Origin: an uncultured archaeon
GTDB lineage: Archaea > Thermoproteota > Nitrososphaeria > Nitrososphaerales > Gagatemarchaeaceae
Assembly (NCBI GenBank): GCA_963817525.1
Contig: CAWFOU010000001.1
Coordinates: 320,001-384,000, forward strand
Direction: 5' to 3'
DNA length: 64,000 nucleotides
Part shown: piece after piece, positions 1 to 7,733 of the stretch
How positions within the stretch are numbered: the stretch's first letter is position 1
Layout: every line of letters begins with the position of its first letter
Notes under the pieces: generated by a model
The model's database searches: none
Seen by the model: the letters and a program-made list of their open reading frames with translations, nothing else
What the model was told of the DNA's origin: nothing
Position numbers and translations under genes: made by a program

Positions 1-192
1 AAGGTCGAGAGGGACAGCGACATCGCCCAGCTCAGGGAGATCCACGGGGACTTTGGGTCCGGCTACCCCTCCGATCCCGACACGATAGCGTTCCTCGAGT
101 CGTGGGTCAAGGCCAACAGCTCGCAGCCAGAGTTCGCCAGGAAGAGCTGGAAGACCTGGGAAAGGATCTTCGTCTACGCTACCCTGGACTAG
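1..192 (+). CDS. rnhB: Ribonuclease HII, C-terminal part (truncated by window edge)
   Basis: Frame 1 reads KVERDSDIAQL...GDFGSGYPSDPDT...RKSWKTW...*, with the archaeal RNase HII GSGYPSDP and RxSWxT motifs; not in the ORF track. Confidence 0.93.
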   Translation, partial: KVERDSDIAQLREIHGDFGSGYPSDPDTIAFLESWVKANSSQPEFARKSWKTWERIFVYATLD

Positions 193-193
193 C

Positions 194-883
194 TCAGGGC
201 ATCTTCGCCGAGATCAGCGCGTGGTCCTTGTCAAAGGGGCGCAGGTCGATCACCCTCTCTACGACGAACCCCGCCTCGTTCAGCTTCTGCGCCTCCTCCC
301 TGAACACTAGCTTGGGGTCCTTGAGCTGGTCGATGCTCCTGGCCTTCACGATGAGAAGGAGCCTCCCTCCCTCCTTGAGGTGCCTCTTCGCGTTCTCCAT
401 GGCAATCTCCGTCTGGTCCCTCTGCGCGATGTCGCAGTAGACGACGTCCATCTTCCCGAACTCCCCGAACCTCTCCGTCTCCCGGGCGTCCGAGATGAAC
501 GGGATGACGTTCCCCCTCGCCTTCGCTACCTTCTCGAGGAACTCCCGGCCCACGCGGGCGGACATCTCCACGCCGACCACCAGCCCCTCGCCCCCCACGA
601 TGTCCGAGACGTGCGAGGCCGTGGTGCCCGTCGAGGCGCCCAGGTAGAGGACCTTGTCCCCCGCCTTGATGATGTCAGGGTCCAGCTCGCCCTTGAGGAT
701 GGCTCCGGCGAGCTTGCTCCTGTAGGGGTCCCAGCTGCGGTACTCACTGCCGTGGATCCTCAGAAGGTCTTCGTCGTATACCCTATTGCCCGGGACGAGG
801 TTTCTTGTAAAAACGCTTGTCCTTCCGTCCTCCCGGTTTCCTCTCCGCCCCCGGCCTTCCATAACGAGGACGTTGGTTGTCAT
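194..883 (-). CDS. flpA: Fibrillarin, C/D box RNP 2'-O-methyltransferase
   Basis: TRNLVPG..VY, YRSWDPYRSKLA, VLYLGASTGTTASHVSD, YCDIAQRDQ, KARSID motifs; downstream of nop5. Confidence 0.97.
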   Translation of the reverse strand: MTTNVLVMEGRGRRGNREDGRTSVFTRNLVPGNRVYDEDLLRIHGSEYRSWDPYRSKLAGAILKGELDPDIIKAGDKVLYLGASTGTTASHVSDIVGGEGLVVGVEMSARVGREFLEKVAKARGNVIPFISDARETERFGEFGKMDVVYCDIAQRDQTEIAMENAKRHLKEGGRLLLIVKARSIDQLKDPKLVFREEAQKLNEAGFVVERVIDLRPFDKDHALISAKMP

Positions 884-2024
884 TTCGGCGGAACTCTCTT
901 CGCTGCTCGGGTCGCGGCGGCGGTGGCTCCTTATACTTTATCTTGATCTCGGCGAGCCTCTTCTCGAACAGGCCCGTCAGCTCGTTGGCCTTGGTCCCCC
1001 TGTAGTAGTCGATCCGGGCGGCGATGGCTATCTTGTTGGCCAGGGTCCTAGCGATCTTGCCCCTCTGCCACTTCGGGGCCATGTGGACCGCCTCGTGCTG
1101 GAAGAGTATGCCGTGCTTCGGGGGCCTCGACCCCGTCCTTATGGCCCTGAAGAGCGCCTTCTCCGCGCCCAGTACCTGTATCGTGCTCGCGGGCAGCCTC
1201 GCCATCCTCTCGAGCCCCCCGGCCCTCGCGATGAGCCTCGCGCCGATCGTTGCCCCTGCGACCTGCGTGATGTTGGGGGCGATCTTGTTCATGGTCGAGT
1301 CGACGGTCTCTGCCATCTTCTCCCTCTCGTTGGCGGTCTTGACCGCGAGCTCGGCCAGGCCGACGATCCGATGCATGTCCTTCTCGGAGATCGTCCCTCC
1401 CTTGGACTTCTCCGACGCCAGCATTATCGCCTCTGCCTTCTTGCCGGCGTAGCCCTGCTTCTCAAGCGCCTCTTCGTCGAAGGTCCCGCGCCTCCCTATC
1501 TCGATTATCAGCTTGGCGAGGGCGAGGTTGTCCTTCAGGATGTCCTGCAGCTCGGGGAAGTGCAGGCTATACCATTCCATCGTCCTCTCCGTCGTGATAT
1601 TGAGGAAGCGGTCGAGCTCGTCGAGGGCCTGGATGGCGTTGACGAGGTGCAGGTCCTCCTTGGAGGAGGCCTCGCTCACCTCGTGCTCGGCCGCCGCGAT
1701 CGCGCGGGCCCTCGCCTCTCCTATGGCGCTCCCAGCGTCTCGAGCGAGCCCCGCCTTTGCCATTATCGCAGCCTTCCTAGAGTCGAGGTCGTCGCGCTCC
1801 TCGTCGGTCGCTATCGACGTCTCGATCCCGAACTCCTCCATCTTCTCCTTCGCAGGCATGCTGGAGACCTTGAGGCGGGAGATGCCCTTGCGCTTGACCC
1901 CCTCGGCGACCCTCTCCAGCTTCTCATCCCTCTCCATCGCCTCGGCCCTCTCCGAGACGAGGACGTCGTCCCCCTGGACGACTATGAACCCCGCCTCCGT
2001 CTCGTAGAGAATCGGCTCTGGCAA
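783..2024 (-). CDS. nop5: Nop5 (Nop56/58) C/D box RNP subunit
   Basis: EWYSLHFPEL, LPASTIQVLGAEKALF, PPKHGILFQH, RGKIARTLA motifs; basic C-terminal tail. Start placed at TTG 2024, ~30 nt from a TTTATC box. Confidence 0.96.
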   Translation of the reverse strand: MPEPILYETEAGFIVVQGDDVLVSERAEAMERDEKLERVAEGVKRKGISRLKVSSMPAKEKMEEFGIETSIATDEERDDLDSRKAAIMAKAGLARDAGSAIGEARARAIAAAEHEVSEASSKEDLHLVNAIQALDELDRFLNITTERTMEWYSLHFPELQDILKDNLALAKLIIEIGRRGTFDEEALEKQGYAGKKAEAIMLASEKSKGGTISEKDMHRIVGLAELAVKTANEREKMAETVDSTMNKIAPNITQVAGATIGARLIARAGGLERMARLPASTIQVLGAEKALFRAIRTGSRPPKHGILFQHEAVHMAPKWQRGKIARTLANKIAIAARIDYYRGTKANELTGLFEKRLAEIKIKYKEPPPPRPEQRREFRRNDNQRPRYGRPGAERKPGGRKDKRFYKKPRPGQ

Positions 2025-2159
2025 GAAAAATTCGATTCCAGCGTCCGCGGGGCACGGATAAAGGTTGTCGCTGCGGGTTGAACTCACGCTCTTCGCCAAT
2101 CGGCGGCTGAGGTCCTTCGAACCGACGTGGGCGGTTAAATCATCTGATTCGATGTGTTG

Positions 2160-2793
2160 ATGTTGGAACTGAGGTTCTGTGGGTCCTGTGGAAGGGCGCT
2201 GGAGAGGACGAAAAACGCCAAGTTTTGCGACAGGGCTTGCTATGCGCAGGCAGTCAGAGATGGCATCACCTCGAACAATGGCCGCTTTCGAAAGGGCAAC
2301 CCGTCCCCCAAAAAGGCAGGACGCTCGAATCTTGGGTCGGGGAGGAGAGAGCTCAAGAGATCAGAAACAGGATGTCTCAATCGTCGAAAGGGAAGGCCCC
2401 TTGGCTTAGAAGGTTGAACGAAGATGCGGAAGTCTTGGCGAAGAGAAAGGCTTCACGAAGATTCCACGAAGCCACCGTCCAAGAACTCGTCAAGCAATTC
2501 AGGAAGCTTGGTTGGAAGTGTTACACGCTGTCCGAATACGTCAGGGAAACGAGAACACCTGACGCGATTCTGTTTGACGGGAGAGAGCTCGTTGCGCTGG
2601 AGTGGAGCTGAAGAAGAAATGGAAGCCCAGCGCTGAGTTGATGACCCGGCGCCTGACCGATCTGAACGACCAATCGAGGTTCTTTGATAGGACAAGCCTG
2701 GTATTTCCAGACGAGAGGACTGAGCTGACCAAACAGATCCCCTCTTTCGTGGACGAGATATTGACTCACAAAAGATTATATCGGGACTCTTGA
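2160..2793 (+). pseudogene. Frameshifted homing-endonuclease-like nuclease (Zn finger + NUMOD3-like motif + PD-(D/E)xK-like domain)
   Basis: Three ORF pieces join by two single-base frameshifts (A-run 2310-2314; ~2602) into ~211 aa: CGSCG...FCDRAC, GRFRKGNPSPKKGRT...RMSQSSKGK, then PDAILFDGRELVALEVELKK. Lower GC than neighbours; TTAAAT box at ~2135. Confidence 0.65.
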
Positions 2794-2823
2794 TGCTCGG
2801 AATCGGAGGACTGAAAACAAAAC

Positions 2824-3019
2824 ATGCCGACCCACGGGAGTCAGCAGCTAAGAGCAAGTCTTACTGCCTCCAATCACTAAGGCCGGAAAAGTTCGCAGCC
2901 AAACGCCGAAAATTGAGGGAAAGCCCCACAAGGGTAAGATCCCCAAGGTCAGGAACACCCGGACCTACGTGAAGAGATTCACACTAAAGAGAAAGCCCGG
3001 ACAGAATTGGAGACTTTAG
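2824..3019 (+). CDS. rps30e: 30S ribosomal protein S30e, two exons (2824-2842 and 2874-3019)
   Basis: Spliced product [54 protein letters not shown] (54 aa) is a typical archaeal S30e; the unspliced frame stops at TAA 2878-2880. Confidence 0.93.
2843..2873 (+). other. 31-nt bulge-helix-bulge (BHB) intron in rps30e mRNA
   Basis: Central helix GGAG(2837-40)/CTCC(2868-71), 3-nt bulges TCA(2841-43) and AAT(2872-74), intron stem GCAG-c-TAAGA/TCTTA-CTGC; cutting after the second nt of each bulge creates the CTC (Leu) codon and restores frame. Confidence 0.88.
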
Positions 3020-4626
3020 ACTCCAATCCTCCCTCGGAAGGAGAGCTGGCGGCAGTCTCCTCGATTGTCGCCTCCATCCTCTCAGGGGACGTCACGTCCC
3101 GCCCCCACCTGGAGCGGGCCAAGAAGGAGGCCGCGAAGCGCTATCGTCTCGGCAAGTTCCTCAAGAACTCTCAGATCTACCTCGCGCTCTCACCAGAGGA
3201 GCGAGAAGGGAGGAAGGAGATGTTCCGCGTCCACCCCCGGAGGAGCGCCTCCGGAATCGTCATCGTCACTGTCTTCACGTCCCCTGCCAGCTGCCCCCAC
3301 GGCACCTGCGTCTACTGCCCGGGCGGCCCCTCCATGGGGACGCCCCAGAGCTACGTCCCTGACGGCCCCAGCATGAGAGGCGCGCGCGGGGTCGGCTTCG
3401 ACCCCTTCCTCCAGGCGCAGAAGATGCTCAGGAAGTACCTAGACCGCGGGCACGAGGCCTCGAAGGTCGAGCTGATGGTGGAGGGCGGGACCTTCCTCGC
3501 GATGCCGAGGGGATACCAGGAGTGGTTCATCAAGGGGGCGTTTGACGGCCTCAACTGCGCGCAGACTCCTTCTGTGTCTCTCGAGGAGGCACACACGGCA
3601 AACGAGTCGGCGGAGTACAGGTCAGTGGGCCTCACCATAGAGACCAAGCCTGACTGGTGCCGGCCCGAGCACGTCGACATGCTCCTCTCGTACGGGGTCA
3701 CCAAGGTGGAGATAGGGGTCCAAGCCCTAAGGGACGACATACTCGCGAGGAGCAACCGGGGCCACACCGTCCAGGACACGCTCGACGCGTTCCGCGTGGC
3801 GCGGGACGCCGGGCTCAAGGTCGCGGCCCACATGATGCCGGGGCTCCCCGGCTCCAACCCGGAGGACGACCTCGCCGACCTCCTGCGGCTGTTCGAGGAA
3901 GAGTCCCTCCGCCCCGACATGATGAAGCTCTACCCCACCACCGTCGTGAAGGGGACGGCCCTCGCGAAGATGTGCGAAGCGGGGCTCTACGAGCCCTACG
4001 ACCTCGAAACCGTCGTCAGCCTAATCGCCGAGATGAAGGTGCACGTCCCGCCCTGGCACAGGATAATGAGGATACAGCGGGAGATACCCGAGGCCGACAT
4101 CGCGGCCGGCAACAAGGCGGGGAACCTCAGGGAGCTCGTCCTCGCAAGGGTGAAGGCCGACGGCCACTCGTGCGGCTGCATAAGGTGCCGCGAGGTGGGC
4201 ATGGACACCCCCTCCGACCTCCAGGGCGGCGAAGAGGGCGACCTCGTCCTGCGCGTCACGAGCTATCCTGCCTCGGGAGGCGCCGAGGTCTTCGCCACCT
4301 ACGAGTACGAAAGGTCGGGCAAGCTCGCGGGGTTCGTCAGGATGCGCTCCCCGTCCGAGAGGTCGCACCGGCCGGAGATGGGCGGAGCTTGCATAGTGAG
4401 GGAGCTCAAGGTCTACGGGAGGGTGGTCTCTGTGGGCTCGAGGGACGAGCAGGCCTTCCAGCACCGGGGGCTGGGACGCTCCCTCCTCGAGGAGATGGAG
4501 AAGGAGGCCTCTGAGCGCTTCGACGCTCGCACGCTCCTGGTGATGAGCGCCGTGGGGACGAGGAACTACTATAGGAAGCACGGCTACGAGAGGTCGGGCC
4601 CCTACGTGGGCAAGAGTCTGAAATAG
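3007..4626 (+). CDS. elp3: Elp3-type radical SAM/GNAT tRNA wobble-uridine modifying enzyme
   Basis: CPHGTCVYCPGG, ETKPDW, HMMPGLPG, RIQREIP, RELKVYG, QHRGLG, SAVGTRNYY motifs. Confidence 0.96.
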   Translation: METLDSNPPSEGELAAVSSIVASILSGDVTSRPHLERAKKEAAKRYRLGKFLKNSQIYLALSPEEREGRKEMFRVHPRRSASGIVIVTVFTSPASCPHGTCVYCPGGPSMGTPQSYVPDGPSMRGARGVGFDPFLQAQKMLRKYLDRGHEASKVELMVEGGTFLAMPRGYQEWFIKGAFDGLNCAQTPSVSLEEAHTANESAEYRSVGLTIETKPDWCRPEHVDMLLSYGVTKVEIGVQALRDDILARSNRGHTVQDTLDAFRVARDAGLKVAAHMMPGLPGSNPEDDLADLLRLFEEESLRPDMMKLYPTTVVKGTALAKMCEAGLYEPYDLETVVSLIAEMKVHVPPWHRIMRIQREIPEADIAAGNKAGNLRELVLARVKADGHSCGCIRCREVGMDTPSDLQGGEEGDLVLRVTSYPASGGAEVFATYEYERSGKLAGFVRMRSPSERSHRPEMGGACIVRELKVYGRVVSVGSRDEQAFQHRGLGRSLLEEMEKEASERFDARTLLVMSAVGTRNYYRKHGYERSGPYVGKSLK

Positions 4627-4649
4627 CCCGCCCCGGCCACCCACGCGCC

Positions 4650-5315
4650 GTGCTCATAGGCAACTGCAGGTTCGCCGACGACGTCCTCTACGACACGGCA
4701 GCCAACACCTGGGTGCGCTTCGAGGAGGACGGGACGGCCACCGTCGGGATCAACACGGTGCTAGCCTACTTGGGAGGCCCCATCAACTCGGTCTCGTTCA
4801 AGGCCGTCGGCACGGTCGTCGAGAAGGGCAAGGCCCTCGGGGCCATCGAGAGCCCCCGGCACTTCGACACGGTCCGGAGCCCGATCACGGGCAAGGTCAT
4901 AGAGATGAACCCGGCCCTCGTGGGGAACCCCCTCCTGCTCAACCGCGACCCGTACGGCGGCGGGTGGTTCGCGAGGCTCGAGCCCCTCCACAAGCAGGAG
5001 GAGGTCGCGCTAAAGTCTCCGGCTCTCGCACGGGGCGACTTGCAGGCGAGGATCGCCGAACTGAAGATCCGCTGCTTCGCGGAGTTCCCCGACCGGGAGA
5101 TGTACGAGATAGGCACCGAGTGCTCGGCGGTGCTGGTGAGGCTCGACGAGCTCCTGTCGGGCTCCCCGACGGGCACGGTGGTGCACCTCGTCTCGGACGA
5201 CCCCGCGTCCGAGATAGAGATGATCCGCTGGACCGACAGGACGGGGAACCAACTCCTCGAGACGAGAAGGGAGGGGAGCCTGGTGCACTATGTGCTGAAG
5301 AAGACGCAGCCCTGA
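4650..5315 (+). CDS. GcvH/LbpA-like domain fused to a TusA/SirA-like sulfur-carrier domain
   Basis: N-part: WVRFEEDGTATVGI...IESPRHFDTVRSPITGKVIEMN...NRDPYGGGWF; C-part: GTECSAVL...VHLVSDDPASEIEMIRWTDRTGNQLL. Confidence 0.85.
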   Translation: MLIGNCRFADDVLYDTAANTWVRFEEDGTATVGINTVLAYLGGPINSVSFKAVGTVVEKGKALGAIESPRHFDTVRSPITGKVIEMNPALVGNPLLLNRDPYGGGWFARLEPLHKQEEVALKSPALARGDLQARIAELKIRCFAEFPDREMYEIGTECSAVLVRLDELLSGSPTGTVVHLVSDDPASEIEMIRWTDRTGNQLLETRREGSLVHYVLKKTQP

Positions 5316-5379
5316 GCCTTGCGCAGAAAGATGAGCGGACGGGGGCCCCGAAAAGGGGAGCCCCGCGCCCCTGGAAACC

Positions 5380-6234
5380 CTACTTCTCGACCGGCGTGCC
5401 CACCGAGTTGCCCCACTCCGTCCAAGAGCCGTCGTAGTTCTTGACGTTGGGGTAGCCCAGCAGGTACTTGAGGACGAACCACGAATGAGACGACCTCTCT
5501 CCTATCCTGCAGTAGGTGATCACTTCCTTGTCAGAGGTCACGCCCTTTGGTAGGTAGAGAGCCTCCAGGTCCTTACGGGCCTTGAACGTCCCGTCGGCGT
5601 CGTTCACCGCCTGCGCCCAGGGGATGTTCTTCGCTCCGGGGATGTGCCCTCCCCGCTGCGCGTGCTCCGTCGGGTACTCCGGGGGCGCGAGGATCTCGCC
5701 GCTGAACTCCTTCGGCCCTCTCACGTCGACCAGGACCTTGTCGCCCAGCCGGATGGCCTGCAGGACATAGTCCTTGTAGACCCTCAGGGAAGGGTCGGGG
5801 GCGCCGAGCTTGTAGCTGGTATTCTGCGGCGCGGGGACGTCCTTGGAGACAGGCTTGTCCTCGAGGAGCCACTTCTTCCTTCCCCCGTTCATGAGTCTGA
5901 CCTTCTCCACTCCGAGGTACTTGAAGACCCAGAACGCGAAGGTCGCGAACCAGTTGTTAAAGTCCCCGTAGAGGATGACCCAGGTGTCGTCGGTGATACC
6001 GGCGTTGCCGAACAGGGCCTCGAGCTGCTCCTTGCTCAGGATGTCTCTCCGCACGGGGTCGTTGATGTCCTTCTTCCAGTCGAACAGGACGGCCCCGGGG
6101 ATGTGACCCGTGTTGTAGTTTGCAGCCGGATCGTAGTCGACCTCGGCGATCCTCACGTTTGCGTCGTTGTGGTGCTGAAGCACCCAGTTGGTGTCTACGA
6201 GGACCTCAGGGTGCGCATATTCAACGGTACTCAT
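5380..6234 (-). CDS. Tandem-domain rhodanese / thiosulfate sulfurtransferase (CysA/SseA-like)
   Basis: GHIPGA twice, active-site YCRIGERS, YDGSWTEWG. Confidence 0.95.
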   Translation of the reverse strand: MSTVEYAHPEVLVDTNWVLQHHNDANVRIAEVDYDPAANYNTGHIPGAVLFDWKKDINDPVRRDILSKEQLEALFGNAGITDDTWVILYGDFNNWFATFAFWVFKYLGVEKVRLMNGGRKKWLLEDKPVSKDVPAPQNTSYKLGAPDPSLRVYKDYVLQAIRLGDKVLVDVRGPKEFSGEILAPPEYPTEHAQRGGHIPGAKNIPWAQAVNDADGTFKARKDLEALYLPKGVTSDKEVITYCRIGERSSHSWFVLKYLLGYPNVKNYDGSWTEWGNSVGTPVEK

Positions 6235-6275
6235 ATTTTCAGCAACCCCATTATTCTCTATATTAATACCATTGC

Positions 6276-6294
6276 TCGCAATATTCTATTGCGA
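6276..6294. promoter_or_regulatory. Palindromic operator upstream of the rhodanese promoter
   Basis: TCGCAATA-ttc-TATTGCGA, perfect 8-bp arms, just upstream of the minus-strand TATA-like box (6259-6268). Confidence 0.6.
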
Positions 6295-6408
6295 ATCGCC
6301 CTTGCCGGCGGGAGTCGGAGTTGGTGGGCGGCCGTCCGAAAGGGGCCCGACGAGGGGCGGATGAGACCTCAAACCTTTATGCGCACTTTGCGACCGGATG
6401 GTAGCGAC

Positions 6409-7728
6409 ATGTCAGGACTCACCGGCTACCGGGGGCCCTCGGAGAAAATCCTCGCCGAGGCGGGAGCGAGCATCGGCGACGTCCTCGAGGTCCAGGCAGG
6501 AGGGGAGACCGTCAGGGGGACGCTGGTCCCCAGGTACGAGCACGACGACGACAGGCACATCGTGATCAAGCTGAAGAGCGGCTACAACGTAGGCATCTCG
6601 GTAGAGAAGGTCTCGAAGGTCGTGAGGGTGGCCAAGGGCGAGGCCCCCAAGTTCGTCTCGCCCAAGAAGGTCGAGGGGAATGACCTCCCTCAGGTCTCGA
6701 TCCTGGGCACGGGAGGGACCATCGCCTCCAGGGTCGACTACCGGACGGGCGGGGTCCACCCGGCCACGACCGCGGAGGAGCTGTACTCCCTGTTCCCGGA
6801 GCTCTCCGAGATCGCGAGCGTCAGCCCGGAGATAGTAATGAGCGTCTTCAGCGAGAACCTGGAGCCCGGGCACTGGGAGACCATCGCGAAGAAGGCCACC
6901 GAAGTAGTCACGAAGGGGGTCAGGGGGATCATCGTGACGACCGGGACCGACACCATGGGGTACACCGCGGCGGGGCTCAGCTTCGCCCTCAGGGGGCTCC
7001 CGGTCCCCCTCTTCATCGTGGGCTCGCAGCGCTCCTCCGACAGGCCCTCCTCTGACGCCTTCCTCAACCTGATCGGGGCGGCCACGATGGCGGTCAAGGT
7101 CGACTTCTCGGGGGTGTACGTGGTGATGCACGCGGACTCGAGCGACGACAGGCTGGCGGTGCACAGGGGGACGAGGGTGCGCAAGAACCACACGAGCGCT
7201 AGGGACGCCTTCGAGTCCATGGGCGTCGAGCCGGTCGGCATTTGGTCAAGGCAGGGGTTCGAGCTGACGGCCAGGGATCCGCCGCCTCCGCGCGGCGACT
7301 CTGGAGGCTTCGCCTCGAAGCCCAAGTTCGACCCGCGCGCGGCTCTCGTGAAGTTCTACCCGTCGATGCCCACTGAGTACCTGGGAGCGCTCCTCTCGTC
7401 AGGCCTCCACGGGGTGGTCTTCGAAGGGACGGGGCTCGGGCACATCAACAGCAAGAACATCGACAACGTGAAGAAGTTCGTCTCTGGCGGAGGAGTCGCC
7501 TGCATGACATCCCAGTGCCTGTGGGGGAGGGTCGACATGAACGTCTACGACACGGGGAGGGATTTGCTAAAGGCGGGGGTCGTACCCCTCGAGGACATGC
7601 TCCCCGAGACAGCCATCGCGAAGCTGATGTGGGCGCTAGCGAACACAAAATCCGCGGAGGAGACGGCGAAGGTGATGCGCGAGAACCTAGCGGGCGAGAC
7701 GACCGTCAGGTCGGTCCAGAGGAGGTAG
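6409..7728 (+). CDS. gatD: Glu-tRNA(Gln) amidotransferase subunit D
   Basis: IKLKSGYNVG, GTGGTIASRVDYRTG, GTDTMGYTAA, GSQRSSDRPSSD motifs. Confidence 0.96.
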   Translation: MSGLTGYRGPSEKILAEAGASIGDVLEVQAGGETVRGTLVPRYEHDDDRHIVIKLKSGYNVGISVEKVSKVVRVAKGEAPKFVSPKKVEGNDLPQVSILGTGGTIASRVDYRTGGVHPATTAEELYSLFPELSEIASVSPEIVMSVFSENLEPGHWETIAKKATEVVTKGVRGIIVTTGTDTMGYTAAGLSFALRGLPVPLFIVGSQRSSDRPSSDAFLNLIGAATMAVKVDFSGVYVVMHADSSDDRLAVHRGTRVRKNHTSARDAFESMGVEPVGIWSRQGFELTARDPPPPRGDSGGFASKPKFDPRAALVKFYPSMPTEYLGALLSSGLHGVVFEGTGLGHINSKNIDNVKKFVSGGGVACMTSQCLWGRVDMNVYDTGRDLLKAGVVPLEDMLPETAIAKLMWALANTKSAEETAKVMRENLAGETTVRSVQRR

Positions 7729-7733
7729 CTAGC

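Noticed and set aside
786-2081. Long antisense/alternate-frame ORFs (e.g. 786-2081 +, 7797-8798 -, 54204-55358 -, 56286-57350 +)
   Set aside because: Shadows of GC3-rich real genes; no recognisable motifs.
2305-2316. CCC AAA AAG as a programmed -1 frameshift in the nuclease gene
   Set aside because: A second frameshift at ~2602 has no slippery site; decay or assembly error is simpler.
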